Notes under the pieces: model-generated
Seen by the model: only the letters and a program-made list of their open reading frames with translations
Told to the model about the DNA's origin: nothing
Database searches by the model: none
Source of the DNA: an uncultured Cellvibrionales bacterium
GTDB taxonomy: Bacteria; Pseudomonadota; Gammaproteobacteria; Pseudomonadales; UBA7239
Length of the DNA: 56,428 nt
Direction: 5' to 3'
Assembly (NCBI GenBank): GCA_937864065.1
Contig: CALMIC010000236.1
Coordinates: 1-56,428 of the forward strand
Position numbers and translations under genes: made by a program
Part shown: in pieces, positions 50,135 to 56,428 of the stretch
How positions within the stretch are numbered: the stretch's first letter is position 1
Layout of the letters: each line of letters opens with the position of its first letter

Positions 50135-51145
50135 TCACAGTGTGACTTTGAGCGGCGCTTCCTGCAATGCCGCGAACTGTTCGCGCAGCTCAAGGATGTG
50201 CTGGCCCCAGTAGCGCTCGCTGTTGAACCAGGGGAAGTGCAGCGGGAAGGCGGGATCGTCCCAGCGCCGGGCGAGCCACGCGCTGTAATGCAGCATGCGC
50301 AGGGTGCGCAGGATCTCGATCCAGTGCAGTTCGCGCGGGTCGAACTCGCGGAACTCGGCGTAGCCGTCGAGGATCTCGGCGAGTTGGGCCGTCTGCTCAT
50401 GGCGGTCGCCCGACAGCAGCATCCAGATATCCTGCACGGCCGGTGCCATGCGTGCATCGTCGAAGTCGACAAAATGCGGCAGGTCATCGCGCCACAATAC
50501 GTTACCGGCGTGGCAATCACAGTGCGTGCGGATAAAGGCAATGTCCCGGTGCTGCCTGCATTTTTCTGCCAGCACCACCAGCAGGTCGCGCGTCAGGCTA
50601 TCGTAAGCTTCTTTCAGGGATGACGGGATGAAATGCGCGCTGATGAAGGCGACGCTGTCGCTGCCGTAACTCGCCAGGTCCAGCGCCGGGCGCTCGCTGA
50701 ATGGCTTGATGGCGCCGATGTTGTGCAGGCGTGCGAGCCAGCGGCCCATCACCAGCAGGTGGTCGGGGTTGTCGAATTCCGGCGCGCGGCCGCCGCGGCG
50801 CGGGAACAGCGCGAAACGGAAGCGTTGGCCAGCGACTGATGTCTCGAGCAGGCTGCGGCCGTCGTAGCGCAGCGGGGTCACAACGGGGAACTCGTCGTCG
50901 GCCAGCTCGAAGCAGAAGGCATGCTCCTCGAGGATCTGTGCGTCGCTCCAGCGGCCGGGGCGGTAGAACTTGGCCACCAGTGGCTCGCCACCCTCGACGC
51001 CGACCTGGTAGACGCGGTTCTCGTAGCTGTTCAACGCCAGGATGCGCCCATCAGAGTACTGACCGATGGCGGCCAGGGCCTCGTCGACCGCGTCGAGGAT
51101 GCGCTCAGGTGTCAGGGCGTCGAACGGGTGCGGGTGGGTCGTCAT
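50135..51145 (-). CDS. srkA: Stress-response Ser/Thr kinase SrkA (YihE)
   Basis: Internal ATG at 51145 of ORF 50135-51301, giving 336 aa: ...LNSYENRVYQV...VAKFYRPGRWS...HCDCHAGNVLW...FVDFDDA. Confidence 0.88.
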   Translation of the reverse strand: MTTHPHPFDALTPERILDAVDEALAAIGQYSDGRILALNSYENRVYQVGVEGGEPLVAKFYRPGRWSDAQILEEHAFCFELADDEFPVVTPLRYDGRSLLETSVAGQRFRFALFPRRGGRAPEFDNPDHLLVMGRWLARLHNIGAIKPFSERPALDLASYGSDSVAFISAHFIPSSLKEAYDSLTRDLLVVLAEKCRQHRDIAFIRTHCDCHAGNVLWRDDLPHFVDFDDARMAPAVQDIWMLLSGDRHEQTAQLAEILDGYAEFREFDPRELHWIEILRTLRMLHYSAWLARRWDDPAFPLHFPWFNSERYWGQHILELREQFAALQEAPLKVTL

Positions 51146-51275
51146 GGTGGGTACCGGTCCGGGTTGGCCATGGTACGCCAGAAACCGGGACAGGGCTTGG
51201 TTGCGCCCCCTCGGGTGAACCACGATAATGGCGCCTCTTTTCAACCACCCCCCCACAGACCACAGGTGTAGCGCG

Positions 51276-52739
51276 ATGGCCGAAGAACAGAAACGCCCCA
51301 AACCCGCGGATTATTTCTCCGACTGGAAACAGCGCGAGGCGCTGGCCGAGGACATGATCCCGCTGATCGGCAAGCTGCACCGCGAACACAACGTCAACAC
51401 CTACATCTATGGCCAGCAGCTGTACAGCCGCTCGGTCATCGACATCATGAAGGCGCACCGCTTCGTGCGCCAGGTCGAGCAGAATGAACTGTCCGAGTTC
51501 GAGACCTACCCGGTCATCAAGGCGCTGGCTGGACTGAACCTCGGCCGTGCACACGTTGACGTGGGCCGTATCGCCGGCAAGTTCATGAAGAACAGTGAAG
51601 GCATGACGGTAGAGGATTTCGTCAAACGCGAAGTGGCCGAAGCGATCGGCACTGACGTCAAGCCGATCCCGGAGCCGCGCGATGTCGTGCTATACGGTTT
51701 CGGCCGTATCGGCCGCTTGATGGCGCGCCTGCTGATCGAGAAAACCGGTGGCGGTGACGTGCTGCGCCTGCGTGCGATTGTCGTGCGCAAGGGCAAGGGC
51801 GACAACGACCTCGAGAAGCGCGCCTCGCTGCTGCGCCGCGATTCCGTGCACGGCCCGTTCCGCGGCACTATCCGCGTGGATGAAGAGACCAACAGCTTCA
51901 TCGCCAACGGCAACGTCATCAAGGTGATCTACGCCGACAACCCGGAAGAGATCGACTACACCCAGTACGGCATCCACAACGCGATCATCGTCGAGAACAC
52001 CGGCAAGCTGACCGATGAAGCGGGCCTGTCGAAGCACCTGAAAGCGAAGGGTGTGAGCCAGGTGCTGTTGACGGCACCGGCCAAGGGCGACATCAAGAAC
52101 ATCGTGTTCGGTGTCAACCACGACCAGATCTCCACCGATGACAAGATCCTGTCGGCCGCTTCCTGTACCACTAACGCGGTGGTGCCGGCACTGAAAGCGG
52201 TCAACGACAAGTACGGCGTGAAGTCCGGCCACATCGAGACCGTGCATGCCTACACCAATGACCAGAACCTGATCGACAACTACCACAAGGCCGAACGTCG
52301 TGGCCGCAGCGCGCCGCTGAACATGGTTATCACCTCTACCGGTGCCGCCAAGGCCGTAGCGAAAGCGCTGCCGGAACTGGCCGGCAAGCTGACCGGCAAC
52401 GCCATCCGCGTGCCGATCCCGAACGTGTCGATGGCGATCCTGAACCTGGAGCTGGACAAGGCCACCACGGCTGATGAGCTCAACGAGTACATGCGCAACA
52501 TGGCGTTGCACTCGCCGCTGCGCAAGCAGATCGACTACACCAACAGCACTGAAGTCGTGTCCAGCGATTTCGTTGGCTCACGCCACGCGTGCATCTTCGA
52601 TGCCAAGGCGACCATCGTGCAGGGCAACCACGCTGTCATGTACCTGTGGTACGACAACGAGTTCGGCTACTCCTGCCAGGTACACCGCGTGCTGGAGAAA
52701 ATGGCGGGCGTGAACTACCGCGTCTACCCGAAGGAGTGA
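51276..52739 (+). CDS. gap: Glyceraldehyde-3-phosphate dehydrogenase, long form with a ~135-aa N-terminal extension
   Basis: Internal ATG at 51276 of ORF 51228-52739, giving 487 aa. NAD fold VVLYGFGRIGRL, catalytic SCTTN (AASCTTNAVVP), and WYDNEFGYS. Confidence 0.9.
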   Translation: MAEEQKRPKPADYFSDWKQREALAEDMIPLIGKLHREHNVNTYIYGQQLYSRSVIDIMKAHRFVRQVEQNELSEFETYPVIKALAGLNLGRAHVDVGRIAGKFMKNSEGMTVEDFVKREVAEAIGTDVKPIPEPRDVVLYGFGRIGRLMARLLIEKTGGGDVLRLRAIVVRKGKGDNDLEKRASLLRRDSVHGPFRGTIRVDEETNSFIANGNVIKVIYADNPEEIDYTQYGIHNAIIVENTGKLTDEAGLSKHLKAKGVSQVLLTAPAKGDIKNIVFGVNHDQISTDDKILSAASCTTNAVVPALKAVNDKYGVKSGHIETVHAYTNDQNLIDNYHKAERRGRSAPLNMVITSTGAAKAVAKALPELAGKLTGNAIRVPIPNVSMAILNLELDKATTADELNEYMRNMALHSPLRKQIDYTNSTEVVSSDFVGSRHACIFDAKATIVQGNHAVMYLWYDNEFGYSCQVHRVLEKMAGVNYRVYPKE

Positions 52740-52758
52740 GGCGAGCCTCGCTGCACAG

Positions 52759-52786
52759 GAAGCCCGCTTCATGCGGGCTTTTTTGT
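52759..52786 (+). terminator. Rho-independent terminator after gap
   Basis: Stem AAGCCCGC / GCGGGCTT (52760-52767 / 52773-52780) with loop TTCAT, followed by a T-run. Confidence 0.7.
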
Positions 52787-52808
52787 GACTTACGCCCGGA
52801 GCGTGCCG

Positions 52809-54152
52809 ATGAAGACACTGACAATCGAACGACTGGCCCACGACTTGCGCGGCATGGCGCATGACGAAGGCCTGGCCTGGTTTGTGGAAGGCGCCTTGCC
52901 GGGCGAGACAGTGGCAGTGCGCGAGCTGGCCCGGCACCAGCAAAGGGTGGATGCGGAAGCAGTAGACGTGCTTGCTGCGGTGGCGGATCGTGTTGCGCCG
53001 GCCTGCGAATACTACGGCCAGTGTGGCGGCTGCTCGTTGCAACACCTCGGTCATGCCGCACAGTTGCGCGACAAGCAGCACGTGTTGCTCGACCAGCTGG
53101 CGCGCCTCGGCAAGGTGAAGCCTGCCGTGGTGGAGGCGCCGATCGTGTCGGCACCGTGGCAATACCGCCGCCGCGCGCGGCTCGCCTGTCGCTGGTCGTC
53201 GGCCGGCAAGCAGCTGGCGTTCGGCTTGCGGGCGCGCCACAGCCAGCAGATCGTGGAGATAGCACACTGTGCCGTGCTGGTGCCATCGTTGCAGGCCTTG
53301 CTGGCGCCGCTGCGCGAGTGCCTGTCGCAGTGGTCGCAGCCGCGCCAGCTGGGGCATGTCGAGTTGCTGGCAGCCGACAATGGTGTAGCTATCCTGCTGC
53401 GCGTGCTGGCGGAACCCGACGAAACCGACGCGGCGCGCTTGCAGGCGCTGGCGCTCGCCACCGGTGCCAGCATTTTCCTGCAAACGGAAGAAAAACAGCC
53501 GCCACAGTTTTTTGCCGGCGCGCAAGCGGGCCTGCAACTCGCGGCTGGCGATGTGGCGGTGAGCTGTCTGCCGGGGGATTTCGTGCAGGGCAATGCGGCC
53601 GTGAATACGCAGCTGGTGGCTGCGGTGCTGGCTGCGTTGCAGCCATGTGCGAGCGATGTGCTGCTGGAAGCGTTTTGTGGCCTTGGCAATTTCACCTTGC
53701 CACTGGCACCGCAAGTGGCCTCGATCACGGCACTGGACTTGAGCGAGGCGATGCTGGCGCGAGCGCGGCAGTCGGTCGTGGCAGGTCGCGTTCAATGGCT
53801 GGCCTGCAACCTCGAGGCGTTCGCGCCGCAGGCCCTGCCATTGCCAAAGGCCAACAAGATCCTGCTCGACCCGCCGCGCGATGGCGCAGCGGCTTTTTGT
53901 CGCACGGTGCCGCTCACCGGCGTACAGCGCGTTGCCTATGTGTCGTGTAATCCCTCCACGCTGGCGCGCGATGCCGCGATCCTCGCCGAGCGCGGCCTGG
54001 CGCTGCGCAGTGTGCAACTGGTTGATATGTTCCCGCAGACTTCGCACATCGAGGCGCTGGTGGTATTCGAGCCGGATGCCGCCCTGGCGCGGCGGATGAA
54101 GAAAGAAAAAACAGCGAAACAGGCTGCCGGTCTGAAGCGGTTGAAACGCTAG
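52809..54152 (+). CDS. rlmD: 23S rRNA (uracil1939-C5)-methyltransferase RlmD (RumA)
   Basis: ATG at 52809. TRAM-like N-terminus, Fe-S cluster cysteines (C..YYGQCGGCSLQH), the SAM motif LLDPPRDGA and the catalytic YVSCNP. Confidence 0.9.
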   Translation: MKTLTIERLAHDLRGMAHDEGLAWFVEGALPGETVAVRELARHQQRVDAEAVDVLAAVADRVAPACEYYGQCGGCSLQHLGHAAQLRDKQHVLLDQLARLGKVKPAVVEAPIVSAPWQYRRRARLACRWSSAGKQLAFGLRARHSQQIVEIAHCAVLVPSLQALLAPLRECLSQWSQPRQLGHVELLAADNGVAILLRVLAEPDETDAARLQALALATGASIFLQTEEKQPPQFFAGAQAGLQLAAGDVAVSCLPGDFVQGNAAVNTQLVAAVLAALQPCASDVLLEAFCGLGNFTLPLAPQVASITALDLSEAMLARARQSVVAGRVQWLACNLEAFAPQALPLPKANKILLDPPRDGAAAFCRTVPLTGVQRVAYVSCNPSTLARDAAILAERGLALRSVQLVDMFPQTSHIEALVVFEPDAALARRMKKEKTAKQAAGLKRLKR

Positions 54153-55897
54153 CGCAGCGAGGCGGCCAGGCTGCAGCGCACCTGCCCGTGCTGCAGGCCG
54201 AGCAATTGCAGCGGCTGTTGCGCATCCACACGGTCACTGCGGGCAAAGGCGCGGAAACGGCTGGCAGCGGCAGCTTGCCATGCCAGCGGCCCGAGGTGGT
54301 TTTCCGGCCGCAGCAGCACACCGTGCCCGCGCACGTTGCCATCTTGCAGCACCACGATATCCGGCAGCGGTTTGCCATCCGCCAGCAATTGCCCGTTCAG
54401 CAGCCAGGTGCCTGTGTTTGCGTCCAGTTCGCCCACTACATGCCCGGCACAGGCGGGCAATCCCGGCGGCAAGGAAGGGCGCGCATCCAGTGCGAAAGCG
54501 GGCAGGTGGCGGAAATAACCAAGCAGGTTGGCGCGCAGGAATGCGTCGTTGTCTTTCACCGAATTGATGTTGTTCTTGATCAGCGGGTGCGACAGCGACG
54601 CGTTGATGTAGGGCGGTTCCAGCACCGCAGCGCGCGCCGCAGCGTGCGCCAGGTTGACGCGATGGCTGAGGATGGCCATGTCGCGCGCGCTGGTGAGCTG
54701 CGCTGGCAGCAGGTAGGCGCCGAACAGGGCCAGCCATGCCCATGCCAGCCAGCCGTGCCGCCGCAGGTCTGGCCACAGCAGGCCGAACAGCGACGGCAGC
54801 CACGGCAGCACCAGGGTCTGGTAGCGCTCGGCCACGGCCGAGTTCGGGTAGATGATGCGGCCGAATGCGGTGAACACCGCACTCGCGGCGATGTAGCTGG
54901 CGATGTACAGGCACAGCCGTTGCCAGCGCGTCAGCGCCGCGCCGCGCCACAGCTGCCACCAGTACCACAGCAGCACTGCGATGCCGGTGAGCGACAGCAT
55001 CCCGCCGGCGACTGGCCACTCGCGCGACAGCGGGCTCGCCAGGTAACGCAGGATGTAAGGCACCATTTTCATGACCGTGTCGAGCATGATGAACAGTGTC
55101 GTCTTGAGCGTTTCACTCTGGCGCAAGGCGCTGAAGACCACCTGCTGTTCGTTTTTTTCGTGATGGACATACAACACACAGAGCGTCACGAGCGCGAGCA
55201 GCAGCGGCCAGCGCTGCCACTGGCCGGTGGCGAGCAGTACCAGGATCGCTACCGGCAAGGCCATCAGTCCGGTGAAGTTGCATAGTGCCGCGGCGGTGCC
55301 GGCGAGCAGCACCAGCCACCAGCGCGTCGCTGCCGGGTGCTGGCTCAGCGCCGCCAGCGCCACCAGCCCGAACAGGTTCGACATGTACCACTGCACATCC
55401 ATCGCATAGAGGAAATTGTTGACCTGGCCGGTGCTGAACAGCGCGAGCACAAAGCCGCTGGCCAGCAATGTGCGTTCGGCTGTGCTGAACGTGGCCTGTG
55501 TGCGCAGCACACGCAGCAGGATGGCCAGGTAGGCGCACTGGCACAGCAGCGATACCGCGATCGTCAGCCCGTTGCGGCCGCCGAACCAGGCGTAATCGGC
55601 GTAGAACACCAGCTTCGGCAGGAAAATGCGGTGCGCGCCGCCGTAGGCTTCCAGCAGGTAGGTGAGTGACCAGTCGCCGTTGAATTGCCGTTCGATGTCG
55701 TCGACAAATTCCCACAAGTCGCGGAAGGGACCATCCCACTGCAGTGCCAGCGTCAGGTAAAGCGAAAATACGGTGATAGCGCACGCCAGCAACAAGGTGA
55801 ATGCAGCGGCGACAAGGATGGCGTTGCTTTTGCCAGCCTGATCCCGTTCAATGCTGTCAGCTGGTGTGGCCGGATGTCGCTGCGGATGAAAAGACAC
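54149..55897 (-). CDS. Polytopic inner-membrane protein of unassigned family, with a soluble C-terminal domain (paralog of 24269-25975); start uncertain
   Basis: Track ORF 54149-56086. The in-frame GTG at 55895-55897 gives 582 aa, similar to the 568-aa paralog, and limits overlap with the divergent sulfatase gene to 12 nt. The stop overlaps the rlmD stop region. Confidence 0.7.
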   Translation of the reverse strand: MSFHPQRHPATPADSIERDQAGKSNAILVAAAFTLLLACAITVFSLYLTLALQWDGPFRDLWEFVDDIERQFNGDWSLTYLLEAYGGAHRIFLPKLVFYADYAWFGGRNGLTIAVSLLCQCAYLAILLRVLRTQATFSTAERTLLASGFVLALFSTGQVNNFLYAMDVQWYMSNLFGLVALAALSQHPAATRWWLVLLAGTAAALCNFTGLMALPVAILVLLATGQWQRWPLLLALVTLCVLYVHHEKNEQQVVFSALRQSETLKTTLFIMLDTVMKMVPYILRYLASPLSREWPVAGGMLSLTGIAVLLWYWWQLWRGAALTRWQRLCLYIASYIAASAVFTAFGRIIYPNSAVAERYQTLVLPWLPSLFGLLWPDLRRHGWLAWAWLALFGAYLLPAQLTSARDMAILSHRVNLAHAAARAAVLEPPYINASLSHPLIKNNINSVKDNDAFLRANLLGYFRHLPAFALDARPSLPPGLPACAGHVVGELDANTGTWLLNGQLLADGKPLPDIVVLQDGNVRGHGVLLRPENHLGPLAWQAAAASRFRAFARSDRVDAQQPLQLLGLQHGQVRCSLAASLR

Positions 55898-56428
55898 TGT
55901 CGGGTTGCCGTCTTGTTGTGTTGCCTGCTGGCGATGTGGGCGGGTGTCGCCAGTGCGTCGCCAGTACCCGCGCGCCAGCCGAACATCCTGTTGCTGGTGG
56001 CAGACGATCTCGGCCTTGGTGATCTGCAGAGCTTCCATCCCGCTGCAGCCGAGCCGACACCGAACATCGATGCACTGGCAGCGCAAGGCATGCGCTTCAG
56101 CCGATTCTACACAGACAGCACCTGCTCAGCCAGCCGCGCTGCACTGCTGACTGGCCAGCACCCGGCGCGACTCGGTTTCCATCCGGTGGCGCGCGGCATC
56201 GCACCGGATATCACCACGCTGCCGGAATGGTTGCGCGCACAGGGTTATCGCACACAACACATCGGCAAGTGGCACATCGGTGAACTGGATGCGGCGGCGC
56301 TGGCGCTGGCGCAGGGATTCGACAGCAGTTTCGGTTTCCTGAACCAGTGGTTCCTGCAGGGGCCGGATGCGAATGGCCAACCTCAGTTGCGCGCGCCGGT
56401 GTACTACGATCCCTGGTTGCAGGATGGC
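55886..56428 (+). CDS. Cys-type (formylglycine) sulfatase, N-terminal 181 codons (cut by window edge)
   Basis: Read by eye; absent from the ORF track because no stop falls in the window. The ATG at 55886 gives the signal peptide MKRHCRVAVLLCCLLAMWAGVASA, then NILLLVADDLGLGD and the FGly motif CSASRAALLTGQ. Alternative ATG at 55934. Confidence 0.85.
   Translation, partial: MKRHCRVAVLLCCLLAMWAGVASASPVPARQPNILLLVADDLGLGDLQSFHPAAAEPTPNIDALAAQGMRFSRFYTDSTCSASRAALLTGQHPARLGFHPVARGIAPDITTLPEWLRAQGYRTQHIGKWHIGELDAAALALAQGFDSSFGFLNQWFLQGPDANGQPQLRAPVYYDPWLQDG

Noticed and set aside
54149-56428. Idea that the membrane protein plus sulfatase-fold protein is a split LtaS/EptA/OpgB-type transferase
   Set aside because: The sulfatase carries the C-x-A-x-R formylglycine motif (CSASR) and its own signal peptide, as true sulfate esterases do, rather than the Thr/Ser nucleophile of the phosphotransferases. 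The genes are also divergent, not co-transcribed.

Overview
This is a GC-rich, gene-dense stretch of chromosomal core from a gammaproteobacterium-type genome. I count about 53 protein genes and found no RNA genes. Almost every gene has a recognisable housekeeping, envelope or metabolic function. In order: metH (cut by the left edge, so absent from the ORF track), nadA, bepA, a TusA-like protein, an M16 peptidase, trmL, a quinohemoprotein PQQ alcohol dehydrogenase, an alpha/beta hydrolase, mobA, a Trm112/YcaR-like protein, an RssB/RssC-like pair (response regulator-PP2C plus STAS), a PlsC-type acyltransferase with a GldA/F/G-like ABC exporter, rsmJ, rimI, a holD-like gene, leuA, a sensor kinase coupled to queD, rplU-rpmA-obgE-proB, cstA-ybdD, nadC, an SDR, ygjP, mlaFEDCB-mlaA, ampD, meaB, cysQ, sulP, srkA, a long-form gap, rlmD, and a Cys-type sulfatase cut by the right edge (also absent from the track). 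I found no tRNA or rRNA, no CRISPR array, no transposase, integrase or phage genes, no recognisable defence genes and no compositional island. I therefore do not see a clear novel multi-gene system here. The best leads are modest. (1) Two divergent paralogs of a polytopic membrane protein I cannot assign to a family (24269-25975 and 54149-55897), plus a third unrelated large membrane protein translationally wedged between proB and cstA. (2) A perfect 12-bp-arm palindrome in the only AT-rich patch, overlapping a metH promoter. (3) A short upstream ORF ending in four Leu codons in the 260-nt leuA leader. (4) A sensor kinase translationally coupled to a lone queD. (5) An orphan 151-aa protein upstream of the mla operon. 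On the ORF track: many of its longest ORFs are antisense artefacts of GC3-rich coding DNA, many true genes start inside the listed ORF, and non-ATG starts are shown as M.
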